A program made the position numbers and the translations under genes. Shown here piece by piece: positions 26,022 through 38,437 of a DNA stretch of 64,000 nt. Numbering within the stretch: the stretch's first letter is position 1; each line of letters opens with the position of its first letter. The DNA comes from Chiloscyllium plagiosum (taxonomy: Eukaryota). The stretch is from positions 101,439 to 165,438 of the forward strand of contig NC_057753.1 of NCBI RefSeq assembly GCF_004010195.1, read 5' to 3'. Below the pieces are notes generated by a model that made no database searches, was not told the origin of the DNA, and saw only the letters and a list, made by a program, of their open reading frames with translations.

Positions 26022-26510
26022 ATTTGGAGGAGCCGGTGTTGGACTGGGGTGTACAAAGTTAAAAATCACACAACTGAGCTGAAAATGTGTTGCTGGAAAA
26101 GCGCAGCAGGTCAGGCAGCATCCAGGGAACAGGAGAATCGACGTTTCGGGCATAAGCCCTTCTTCAGGAGGGCTTATGCCCGAAACGTCGATTCTCCTGT
26201 TCCCAGGATGCTGCCTGACCTGCTGCGCTTTTCCAGCAACACATTTTCAGCTCTGATCTCCAGCATCTGCAGACCTCACTTTCTCCTTAAAAATCACACA
26301 ACACCAGGTTATAGTCCAACAGGTTTATTTGGAAGCACTAGCTTTCGGTGCGACGCTCCTTCATCAGGTGGTTGTGGAGAATAAGATCGTACGACACAGA
26401 GTTTACAGCAAAGATTTACAGTGTGATGTAACTGAAATTATACATTGAAAAGGACTTGGATTGCTTGTTAAGTCTCTCATATGTTAGAATGACCATGTTG
26501 ATTTGAGCTC
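26022..26510 (-). mobile_element. PLE-like family 2 fragment with nested family-1 fold-back (26075-26286)
   Basis: 16-bp duplication ttaaaaatcacacaac at 26059-26074 and 26287-26302. Confidence 0.72.
26336..26370 (-). ncRNA. Minimal hammerhead-ribozyme-like motif, PLE-like family 2 (also 12294-12328 on -; degenerate at about 628-665 and 6287-6314 on +)
   Basis: cac-CTGATGA-A-GGAGC(GTC)GCACC-GAA-AGCT-A-gtg: helix I cac/gtg, helix II, palindromic AGCT helix III. Confidence 0.62.
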
Positions 26511-27607
26511 TTCCATGTTGGAATATTGCGTGCAATTCTGGTCTCCTTCCTATCGGAAAGATGTTGTGAAACTTGAAAAGGGTCCGGAAAAGATTTACAA
26601 AGGTGTTGGAGGGTTTGAGCTGTAGGGAAGAGGCTGAACAGGCTGGGGCTGTTTTCCCTGGAGCGTCTGAGGCTGAGGGGTGACCTGAGAGAGGTTTATA
26701 AAATTATGAGGGGCACGGATAGGATAAATAGACAAAGTCTTTTCCCTGGGGCGGGGGAGTCTAGAACTAGAGGGGCATAGGTTTAGGGTGAGCGGGGAAA
26801 GATATAAAAGAGACCTAAGGGGCAACATTTTCACACAGAGGGTGTTACGTGTATGGAATGAGCTGCCAGAGGAAGTGGTGGAGGCTGGTACAATTGCAAC
26901 ATTTAAGAGGCATCTGGATGNNNNNNNNNNNNNNNNNNNNNNNNNNNNNNNNNNNNNNNNNNNNNNNNNNNNNNNNNNNNNNNNNNNNNNNNNNNNNNNN
27001 NNNNNNNNNNNNNNNNNNNNNNNNNNNNNNNNNNNNNNNNNNNNNNNNNNNNNNNNNNNNNNNNNNNNNNNNNNNNNNNNNNNNNNNNNNNNNNNNNNNN
27101 NNNNNNNNNNNNNAGGGGAGTGGGGAAGAGAGCGGGGTAGAGAGAGAGACAGAGATGGGCAGATAAGGGGGGGGGGGGTTGCTCCTTTCTAGAGAACCCA
27201 CTTTAGCCCCGATGAATGTCGGTCTTCCCGCCAACAGTGAGTGGTTGAGGGGAGCAGCGGGAATACATTTCAGGGGAAGCTGGATTCCGACAACAGAAGG
27301 ATACGCTGATGGAGGGCTGGGGGGGCCGAGGGGTGAGATAGATTGAGGCGGATACCAGGAGTCTTGATGGGACACAGACAAATGGAAAATTGATGCGCAC
27401 ATACAGGAAAACATCCCAGGTTACGCAAAATGCATTTCCTCAGTCTCTGTGGGACACAGCAGTGGGGAAGGTGCAGACCTGGGCTCATAGAATTCCCGAC
27501 GGTGTGAAAGCAGGTATTTAACCCAACGAGTCTACACCAACCCTCTGAAGATTACCCAATCCAGACCCATTCCCTCATCCCTACTGCTCTGCATTTACCT
27601 CTGACTA

Positions 27608-30600
27608 ATGCACCCTAACCTGCATATCCCTGGAGACTATGGGTAATTTAGCATGGCCAATGCACCCTAACCTGCACATCCCAGGCACCATGGGTAATTT
27701 AGCATGGCCAATCCACCTTCACCTGCACATCCCATGGCACCATGGGTAATTTAGCATGACAATTCACCCTAACCTGCACAGCCCTGCGCACTACGGGCAA
27801 TTTAGATTGGCCAATCCACTCTAACCTGCACATCCCTGGATACTGTGGGTAATTTAGCTTGGCCAATCACTCTATTATGCACATACCGGGACACCATGGG
27901 TAATTTAGCATAGCCAACCCCCCAGTCTAACCTGCAAAGCACAGGGCACTATCAGTAATTTAGCATGACTAATCCACTCTAACCCACACATCCCAGGAGA
28001 CTATGGGTAATTTAGCACAGCCAATCCACCCTAATCTGCACATCCAGGGGCACTGTGGGTAATTTAGCACAGCCAATCCACCCTAACCTGCACATCCAAG
28101 GGCACTATAGGTAATTTAGCATGGCCAATCTACCCTAACCCACACCTCGCTGCACGCTATGGGTAATTTAGCATGACCAATCCACCCTAACCTGCACATG
28201 CCATGGCATTGTGGGTAATTCAGCATGGCCAATCCACCCAAACCTACATGCCCCTGGGCATTATGGGTACTTTAGCACAGCCAATCCACCCTAACCTAAA
28301 TGCCCTTTGGCATTATGGGTGATTAGCAAGGCCAATCCACCCTAACGTGCACATCCCTGTACACCATGGGTAACTTAGCACAGCTAATCCACAATAACCA
28401 GCACATCCCAGGGCACGATGGGTAATTTGGCACGGCCAATCCACCCTAACCTGCACATCCCTTCACAGTGTGGGTAATTTAGCACAGCCAATCCACCTTA
28501 AAATGCACATCCCTGGACACTATCGGTGATTTAGCATGGCCAATCCACCCGAACCTGCACATCCCAGGGCACTATGGGTAATTTAGCATGGCCAATCCAC
28601 CCTAACCTGCACATCCCTGTGTCACTATGGGAAATTTAGCATGGCCAATCCACCCTAACCCGCACATCCCTTCACAGTGTGGGTAATTTAGCACAGCCAA
28701 TCCACCTTAAAATGCACATCCCTGGACACTATCGGTGATTTAGCATGGCCAATCCACCCGAACCTGCACATCCCAGGGCACTATGGGTAATTTAGCATGG
28801 CCAATCCACCCTAACCTGCACATCCCTGTGTCACTATGGGAAATTTAGCATGGCCAATCCACCCTAACCCGCACAACCCTTCACAGTGTGGGTAATTTAG
28901 CACAGCCAATCCACCTTAAAATGCACATCCCTGGACACTATCGGTGATTTAGCATGGCCAATCCACCCGAACCTGCACATCCCAGGGCACTATGGGTAAT
29001 TTAGCATGGCCAATCCACCCTAACCTGCACATCCCTGTGTCACTATGGGAAATTTAGCATGGCCAATCCACCCTAACCCGCACAACCCTTCACAGTGTGG
29101 GTAATTTAGCACAGCCAATCCACCTTAAAATGCACATCCCTGGACACTATCGGTGATTTAGCATGGCCAATCCACCCGAACCTGCACATCCCAGGGCACT
29201 ATGGGTAATTTAGCATGGCCAATCCACCCTAACCTGCACATCCCTGTGTCACTATGGGAAATTTAGCATGGCCAATCCACCCTAACCCGCACAACCCTTC
29301 ACAGTGTGGGTAATTTAGCACAGCCAATCCACCTTAAAATGCACATCCCTGGACACTATCGGTGATTTAGCATGGCCAATCCACCCGAACCTGCACATCC
29401 CAGGGCACTATGGGTAATTTAGCATGGCCAATCCACCCTAACCTGCACATCCCTGTGTCACTATGGGAAATTTAGCATGGCCAATCCACCCTAACCCGCA
29501 CAACCCTTCACAGTGTGGGTAATTTAGCACAGCCAATCCACCTTAAAATGCACATCCCTGGACACTATCGGTGATTTAGCATGGCCAATCCACCCGAACC
29601 TGCACATCCCAGGGCACTATGGGTAATTTAGCATGGCCAATCCACCCTAACCTGCACATCCCTGTGTCACTATGGGAAATTTAGCATGGCCAATCCACCC
29701 TAACCCGCACAACCCTTCACAGTGTGGGTAATTTAGCACAGCCAATCCACCTTAAAATGCACATCCCTGGACACTATCGGTGATTTAGCATGGCCAATCC
29801 ACCCGAACCTGCACATCCCAGGGCACTATGGGTAATTTAGCATGGCCAATCCACCCTAACCTGCACATCCCTGTGTCACTATGGGAAATTTAGCATGGCC
29901 AATCCACCCTAACCCGCACAACCCTTCACAGTGTGGGTAATTTAGCACAGCCAATCCACCTTAAAATGCACATCCCTGGACACTATCGGTGATTTAGCAT
30001 GGCCAATCCACCCGAACCTGCACATCCCAGGGCACTATGGGTAATTTAGCATGGCCAATCCACCCTAACCTGCACATCCCTGTGTCACTATGGGAAATTT
30101 AGCATGGCCAATCCACCCTAACCCGCACAACCCTTCACAGTGTGGGTAATTTAGCACAGCCAATCCACCTTAAAATGCACATCCCTGGACACTATCGGTG
30201 ATTTAGCATGGCCAATCCACCCGAACCTGCACATCCCAGGGCACTATGGGTAATTTAGCATGGCCAATCCACCCTAACCTGCACATCCCTGTGTCACTAT
30301 GGGAAATTTAGCATGGCCAATCCACCCTAACCCGCACAACCCTTCACAGTGTGGGTAATTTAGCACAGCCAATCCACCTTAAAATGCACATCCCTGGACA
30401 CTATCGGTGATTTAGCATGGCCAATCCACCCGAACCTGCACATCCCAGGGCACTATGGGTAATTTAGCATGGCCAATCCACCCTAACCTGCACATCCCTG
30501 TGTCACTATGGGAAATTTAGCATGGCCAATCCACCCTAACCCGCACAACCCTTCACAGTGTGGGTAATTTAGCACAGCCAATCCACCTTAAAATGCACAT

Positions 30601-33600
30601 CCCTGGACACTATCGGTGATTTAGCATGGCCAATCCACCCGAACCTGCACATCCCAGGGCACTATGGGTAATTTAGCATGGCCAATCCACCCTAACCTGC
30701 ACATCCCTGTGTCACTATGGGAAATTTAGCATGGCCAATCCACCCTAACCCGCACAACCCTTCACAGTGTGGGTAATTTAGCACAGCCAATCCACCTTAA
30801 AATGCACATCCCTGGACACTATCGGTGATTTAGCATGGCCAATCCACCCGAACCTGCACATCCCAGGGCACTATGGGTAATTTAGCATGGCCAATCCACC
30901 CTAACCTGCACATCCCTGTGTCACTATGGGAAATTTAGCATGGCCAATCCACCCTAACCCGCACAACCCTTCACAGTGTGGGTAATTTAGCACAGCCAAT
31001 CCACCTTAAAATGCACATCCCTGGACACTATCGGTGATTTAGCATGGCCAATCCACCCGAACCTGCACATCCCAGGGCACTATGGGTAATTTAGCATGGC
31101 CAATCCACCCTAACCTGCACATCCCTGTGTCACTATGGGAAATTTAGCATGGCCAATCCACCCTAACCCGCACAACCCTTCACAGTGTGGGTAATTTAGC
31201 ACAGCCAATCCACCTTAAAATGCACATCCCTGGACACTATCGGTGATTTAGCATGGCCAATCCACCCGAACCTGCACATCCCAGGGCACTATGGGTAATT
31301 TAGCATGGCCAATCCACCCTAACCTGCACATCCCTGTGTCACTATGGGAAATTTAGCATGGCCAATCCACCCTAACCCGCACAACCCTTCACAGTGTGGG
31401 TAATTTAGCACAGCCAATCCACCTTAAAATGCACATCCCTGGACACTATCGGTGATTTAGCATGGCCAATCCACCCGAACCTGCACATCCCAGGGCACTA
31501 TGGGTAATTTAGCATGGCCAATCCACCCTAACCTGCACATCCCTGTGTCACTATGGGAAATTTAGCATGGCCAATCCACCCTAACCCGCACAACCCTTCA
31601 CAGTGTGGGTAATTTAGCACAGCCAATCCACCTTAAAATGCACATCCCTGGACACTATCGGTGATTTAGCATGGCCAATCCACCCGAACCTGCACATCCC
31701 AGGGCACTATGGGTAATTTAGCATGGCCAATCCACCCTAACCTGCACATCCCTGTGTCACTATGGGAAATTTAGCATGGCCAATCCACCCTAACCCGCAC
31801 AACCCTTCACAGTGTGGGTAATTTAGCACAGCCAATCCACCTTAAAATGCACATCCCTGGACACTATCGGTGATTTAGCATGGCCAATCCACCCGAACCT
31901 GCACATCCCAGGGCACTATGGGTAATTTAGCATGGCCAATCCACCCTAACCTGCACATCCCTGTGTCACTATGGGAAATTTAGCATGGCCAATCCACCCT
32001 AACCCGCACAACCCTTCACAGTGTGGGTAATTTAGCACAGCCAATCCACCTTAAAATGCACATCCCTGGACACTATCGGTGATTTAGCATGGCCAATCCA
32101 CCCGAACCTGCACATCCCAGGGCACTATGGGTAATTTAGCATGGCCAATCCACCCTAACCTGCACATCAATCCACCCTATCGTGCACATCCCGGGACACC
32201 ATGAATAATTCAGCAAGGCCAATCCATTCTAACCGCAAATCCCAGGGCACTATGGGTAATTTAGCATGGCCAACTGATCCTAACCTGCACATTCCTGGAC
32301 ACTATGGGTAATTTAACATTGCCAATCCACCCTGACCTGCACATGCCACAGCACTGTGGGTAATTAGCTTGGCCAATCCACCCTAACGTGCACATTCCAG
32401 GGGACTGTGGGTAATTTTCCGTTGGCAATCCACCCTATCGTGCACATCCCGGGACACCATGAATAATTCAGCAAGGCCAATCCATTCTAACCGCAAATCC
32501 CAGGGCACTATGGGTAATTTAGCATGGCCAACTGATCCTAACCTGCACATTCCTGGACACTTTGGGTAATTTAGGATGGCCAAACCACCCTAACATGCAG
32601 ATTCCTGGACACTATGGGTAATTCAGCAAGTCCTTTCCACCCTAACCTACATGCCCCTGGGCACTATGGATAATTTAGCATGGCCCATCCAGCATAACTG
32701 ACACCTTCCTGCAAACTATGGGTAATTCAGCATAGCCAGTCAACCCTAACCTGCACATCCTACACACTATGGGTAATTTAGCACAGCCAATCCACCCTAT
32801 CATGCACATCCGTGGGCACGATGAGTAATTTAGCACAGCCAATCCACCCTGACCTGCACGTCCCTGGGCACTATGGGTCATTTAGCATGGCCAATTGACC
32901 CTATCATGCACATCCCTGGGCACAATGAGTAATTTAGCTTGGCCAAGCCACCCTAACCTACATACCTTTGGGCACTATGGGTAATTTAGCACGGCCAATC
33001 CACCCTAACATGCACATCCCTGCACACTGTGGGTAATTTAACATGGATAATTCACATTAACCTGCACATTTCTGGACAGTATGGGTAATTTAGCATGGCC
33101 ATCCATCCTGACATGCACTTTCCTGCACACTATGGACAAGTTCGCATAGCCAATCCACCTTAACCTACATATCCCTGTGATACTGTGGGCAATTTAGCAT
33201 GGCCAATCCACACTAACCCGCACATCCCTACACATAATGGGGAATGTAGTATGGCCAATCCATCCTAAGCTGTACATCCTTGGACACTATTGGTAATTTG
33301 CACGGCCAATCCACCCTCACCTACATATCCCTGGACACAATGGGTAATTTAGCATGGCCAATCCACTCTAACCTGCAAATCCCAGGGCACTATGGGTAAT
33401 TTAGCATGGCCAAACCACCCTAACATGCAGATTCCTGGGCACTATGGGTAAATTAGCATGGCTAATCCAATGTAACCTGCACATCCCAAGGCACTATGGG
33501 TAATATAGCATGGCCATCCACCCTAAGCTGCACATCCCTGCACACTGAGTAATTTAGCACAGCCAATCCACCCTATCATGCATGTCCCTGGACGCTATGG

Positions 33601-35905
33601 GTCATTTAGCATGGCCAACCCACCCTATCATGCACATCCCTGGGCACGATGAGTAATTTAGCTTGGCCAATCCACCCTAACCTACATGCCTCTTAGCACT
33701 ATGGGTAATTTAGCATGACCAACCCACCCTAACATGCACATCCCTGCACACATGGGTAATTCAACATGGATAATTCACACTAACCTACACATTTCTGGAC
33801 AGTATGGGTAATTTAGCATAGCCAATCCACCCTAACCTACATATCCCTGTGATACTGTAGGCAATTTAGCATGGCTAATCCACCCTAACCTACACATCCC
33901 TTCACAATGTAGGTAATTTAGCTTAGCCAATCCACCCTAACCTGCACTTTCCTGCACACTGTGTGGAATGTAATATGGCCAATCCATTCTAACCTGCATA
34001 TTCCAGGGCACTATGGGCAATATAGCATGGCTAATTCACCCTAACTTGCACATCTCTGGACACTATGGGGAATGTAATACGGCCAATCCATCCTAACCTG
34101 CAAATCCCTGGGCACTGTGGGTAATTTAGCAAGGTCAATTCACTCTAACCTGCAACATGCTTGGATGCTACGAGCAATTTAGCATGGCCAATCCATTCTA
34201 ACCTGCACATCCCAGGCATTCTGGGAAATTTAGCATGGCCAATCCACCCTAACCTGCACATCCCTGGGCATTATGGATAATTTAGCATGGCCAATCCACC
34301 CTAACCTGCACATCCCAAGGCACTATGGGTAATTTAGGATGGCCAATCCACCCTAACCTGCACATCCCTGTGTCACTATGGGAAATTTAGCATGGCCAAT
34401 CCATTCCATCCTGCACATCCCAGGTCACTATGGGTAATTTAACATGGCCAATCCACCCAACTGCATATCTCTGCACAGTACGGGTAATTTAGCATGGCCG
34501 ACTCACCCTAACCTGCACATCCCTGGAGATTATGGATAATTTAGTACGGCCAATCTATTCTAACCTGCACATCCCAGGGCACTGTGGGTAATTTTACATA
34601 GCCATCCACCCTACCCTGCACATCCCTTCAGTGTGGGTAACTTAGCATAGCCAATCCACGCTAACCTGCACATCCCAGGGCACTATGGGTAATTTAGTAT
34701 GGCCAATCCATTCTAATCTGCACATGCCAGGGCATTATGGCCATGCTAAATTACCCATCATGTTAAGGGATGTGCAGGTTAGGGTGGATTGGTCATGCTA
34801 AATTACCTAATTCACCCTAACCTGCACATCCCTTCACACAACGGGTAAATTTGCACAGCCAATCCACCCTAACATGCACATCCCTGGAGACTATGATTAA
34901 TTTAGCACATCCCATCACACTATGGGTAATTTAGCATAGCCAATCCACCCTAACCTGCACATCCCTGGGCACTATGGGTAATTTAACATTGCCAATCCAC
35001 CCTAACCTGCACATGCCACAGCACTGTGGGTAATTAGCTTGGCCAATCTACCCTAACTTGCACATTCCAGGGGACTGTGGGTAATTTTCCGTTGCCAATC
35101 CACCCTATCGTGCACATCCCCGGACACCATGAATAATTCAGCATGGCCAATCCATTCTAACCTGCAAATCCCAGGGCACTATGGGTAATTTAGCATGGCC
35201 AATTGATCCTAACCCGCACATTCCTGCACACAATGGGTAATTCAGCATAGCCAGTCAACCCTAACCTGCACATCCCAAGGCACTATGGGTAATATAGCAC
35301 GGCCATCCACCCTATCATGCACATCCTACACACTATGGGTAATTTAGCACAGCCAATCCTCCCTGACCTGCACGTCCCTGGGCACTATGGGTCATTTAGC
35401 ATGGCCAACCCACCCTAACATGCACATCCCTGCACACTATGGGTAATTTAACATGGATAATTCACATTAACCAGCACATTTCTGGACAGTATGGGTAATT
35501 TAGCATGGCCAAACCACCCTAACCTACATATCCCTGTGATACCATGGGCAATTTAGCATAGCCAATCCCCCCTAACCTGCACTTTACTGCACACTGTGGG
35601 GAATGTGGTATGGCCAATCCATTCTAACCTGCAACATGCCTGGACACTGAGGTACGTAGTATGGCCAATCCGTCCTAATCTGCAAACCCCAGTGCACTAT
35701 GGGTAATTTAGCATGGCCAATCCCCCCTAAACTGCACATCCCAGGGCACTATGGGTAATGTAGCACAGCCAATCCACTCTATCCTGCACATCCCTTCACA
35801 ATGTGGATAATTTAGCTCTGCCAATTCCCCAGAAACTGCACATCCCGGGACGCTATGGTAATTTAGCACCACTATTCCACCCGAACCTGCACATGCCTGG
35901 GCAGC
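27608..35905. repeat. 8.3-kb satellite of a 52-bp SINE-derived monomer (about 160 monomers)
   Basis: Consensus ccctgggcactatgggtaatttagcatggccaatccaccctaacctgcacat repeated head to tail; continuous with a minus-strand SINE tail at 27488-27607. Confidence 0.97.
28461..32168. repeat. Higher-order repeat core: 209-bp unit (4 monomers), about 17.7 near-identical copies
   Basis: Marker cttcacagtg recurs at 28461, 28670 ... 32014 (exactly 17 x 209). Confidence 0.92.
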
Positions 35906-35926
35906 ATGGGTACCTTAGCTTGGTTG

Positions 35927-36769
35927 TCACTGGTGTGTTCTCTGGTGCGTCAGCAGCACGGAGAGCAGAGTGAAGCCTTTCCCACAGGCCGGGCAGACGT
36001 AAGGCCTCTCGCCGGTGTGGACCCGCTGGTGGGTCAGCAGGTATGACGAGCGTGTGAAGGCCTTGCCGCACTGCGAGCAGGCGAAGGGCCTCTCCCCCGC
36101 GTGGACCCGCCGGTGGGTCAGCAGCGTGGACGAGTCGCCGAAGGCCTTCCCGCACTCGGGGCAGCTGAAGGGCCTCTCCCCGGTGTGGACCCGCCGGTGG
36201 GTGCGCAGGTTGGACGACTTGGTGAAGCCCTTCCCGCACACGGGGCAGCTGAAGGGCCTCTCCCCCGTGTGGACGGGCCGGTGGGTCAGCAGGTGGCACG
36301 ACTGAGTGAATCCCTTCCCGCACTCGGAGCAGACGAACGGCCTCTCCCCGGTGTGCACCCGCTGGTGCTTCTGCAGGGTGGACGAGTCCTTGAAGGCCTT
36401 CCGGCACTCGGGGCAGCTGAAGGGCCTCTCCCCAGTGTGGACCCGCCGGTGCCTCAGCAGGGCGGAGGAGTCTCTGAAGCCCTTGCCGCAGTCAGAGCAG
36501 GCGAACGGCCTCTCGCCCGCGTGGACCCGCCGGTGGGTCAGCAGGGCGGCCGAGTGGGTGAAGCCCTTCCCACAGACGGGGCAGCTGAACGGCCTCTCCC
36601 TGGTGTGGACCTGCCGGTGTCTCTCCAACGACGATGACTTAGTGAAGCCCTTCCCGCAGTCGGGACAGGCAAACGGCCGCTCCCCGGTGTGGACGCGCCG
36701 GTGGATCTCCAGCGCGGAGGGGGAGCGGAAACCGATCCCGCAGTGGCCACATTTCCAGGGTTTCTCCAT
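35927..36769 (-). CDS. C2H2 zinc-finger protein (gene A), 280 aa, 10 tandem fingers, no KRAB/SCAN/BTB domain in the ORF
   Basis: ORF from ATG at 36769 (MEKPWKC...) with ten CxxC-x12-HxxxH repeats joined by TGERP-type linkers; very GC-rich codons; the ORF-track start at 36817 is a TTG. Confidence 0.93.
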   Translation of the reverse strand: MEKPWKCGHCGIGFRSPSALEIHRRVHTGERPFACPDCGKGFTKSSSLERHRQVHTRERPFSCPVCGKGFTHSAALLTHRRVHAGERPFACSDCGKGFRDSSALLRHRRVHTGERPFSCPECRKAFKDSSTLQKHQRVHTGERPFVCSECGKGFTQSCHLLTHRPVHTGERPFSCPVCGKGFTKSSNLRTHRRVHTGERPFSCPECGKAFGDSSTLLTHRRVHAGERPFACSQCGKAFTRSSYLLTHQRVHTGERPYVCPACGKGFTLLSVLLTHQRTHQ

Positions 36770-37099
36770 GATGCAGGCGCCCGTGAAGCGAGATCCTCGT
36801 CCTGAGACAGTAGCCAAGCACGCAGTCTCTGCTCACGATAAATGCTGCCTTATCAGGTTGTGCAATTGGGTAAAACTCTCCCCATCGTCAGTTCACAGGA
36901 ACGCTCTCTACGTGCACTTCAAAGCTATCCCAGGTGGTTACAACCTTTTGAAACAAACAGAACCAACAACCAGTTACTTCCTCTGGACTTAAATGCTGAT
37001 GGTAGTCACTCCCTGGTAAATCAAGCAACTCTGATGCGATGATACTACGGCCTTAAGGGATCCGTTTCGTTCTTTTTAAAGGAAAGGTTTTCAGAGAGA

Positions 37100-37345
37100 G
37101 CCAAAGTGAGGCCTGCAGATGGTGGAGAGTCAGAAACAAAAAGAGTGTTGCTGGAAAAGCACAGCAGGTCAGGCAGCATCCGAGGAGCAGGAGAGTCAAT
37201 GTTTCCAACATCAGCCCTTCAGCAGGAATGAAGGGCTCCCGGTCCTGATGAAGAGCTGATGCTCAAAACGTCAACTCTCCTGCTCCTCTGACGCATACTG
37301 ACAGGCTGTGCTTTTCCAGCACCACTCTTTTTGATGCTGACCCTC
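37100..37345. mobile_element. PLE family 1 fold-back insertion (similar copies at 22980-23172, 47890-48062, 55495-55695)
   Basis: gctggaaaagcacagcagg... followed by its reverse complement ...gctgtgcttttccagc. Confidence 0.72.
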
Positions 37346-37412
37346 CACAGTTTTTGACTTGAAGACAGAGATGCCAAAATGTCTATTTGGAAAGCCAATA
37401 AGCTCAACAACT

Positions 37413-37940
37413 TGTGAGGCCTTGTATTTTTTTTTTATTAAGAAAGTTTGAACAATAGAAGCAGCCTGAATGGGTGTGGTCCAGCTCCCACTGAAACAGG
37501 TTTTTTTTTATTTTAGCTTTCAGCAATTGCTGATGGGGTCTTGAAGAAGCAGAAGCTATTTTTTCCCCCTCTTGGTTACAACTAAAGGCTGGGGGAATCT
37601 CTTCCTGTTGCTTGAGACATAGTCTATCTTCTGAAATTGCCCGTTGCCAAGAGTATGTTTATGGGATGTTGCTATATTGGAACAGTTACTGTTTCAAAGT
37701 CAACTAATCTATTATTCTATTCAATTGTCCAATAGAATTACAGCTAAGCCAATTATTTTCTTTTGTCATATTTTAACTACAACATATGAATAAGTTGTGT
37801 TTTGCTTTAAGTCACGTACTTTAGCCAATTGAATCACATCTGGAATGCAATACCTTACACTTATCTTTAAACTAAGAAAACGTTAGGGTCTAAGCTACCT
37901 TCTCAATATACTTTGAGGGAGGTTGGCCTGGTCGATTACA
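37413..37940. mobile_element. Solo LTR (family Y, opposite orientation) within the gene A 5' region
   Basis: TGT...ACA termini; reverse-complement similarity to 44593-45246; no clear TSD. Confidence 0.6.
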
Positions 37941-38437
37941 CTTAGTTTGAGATTTGTGTCTGAAATTCCTCCCCTTAAAATATCTTGGAAATGGAACATA
38001 CTAAAAGATAGGGCAAACATTCAGAACAGAGTCTAGAATAGAGTGATACTGGTGCTGTGCTTTTCCAGCACCACTCTAATCTCGACTCTGATTCCCAGTC
38101 CTCACTTTTGCATGGAAATTCAGATCAGACCATTCCAGTTGGAGCAAATTACTGCAGATGCTGGAATCTGTACCGAAAACAAAAAAAAAACCCCTGGGCA
38201 TCTAGACTGGAAACCTCAGTTTGCACTCTCTCCCTGGATGTTGCCTGACCCGCTGTGACCTCTCCAGAATTTGTTTTGCTTTCAGACAATTCCAGTTCCC
38301 TTGCAACATTCCTTCTTCTCTCGACCCCCAAAAGCTGTAAGTCTCCACCCCACATTCCCTGCCTCCCTTCTCATTACTTTGGCGCAGCTCATATCCCACT
38401 CCCCATTGCCCTGAAGGGTCTGATCGACCCGTCCCAC

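Noticed and set aside
28461..32168. Interstitial telomere (CCCTAA hexamers)
   Set aside because: Only one hexamer per 52-bp unit, never tandem.
27608..35905. Regularly spaced repeats resembling a CRISPR array
   Set aside because: No unique spacers and no cas genes; units are contiguous variants of a SINE segment in vertebrate DNA.
36770..36817. 16-aa N-terminal extension of gene A in the ORF track
   Set aside because: It begins at TTG; both paralogues start at the [10 protein letters not shown].
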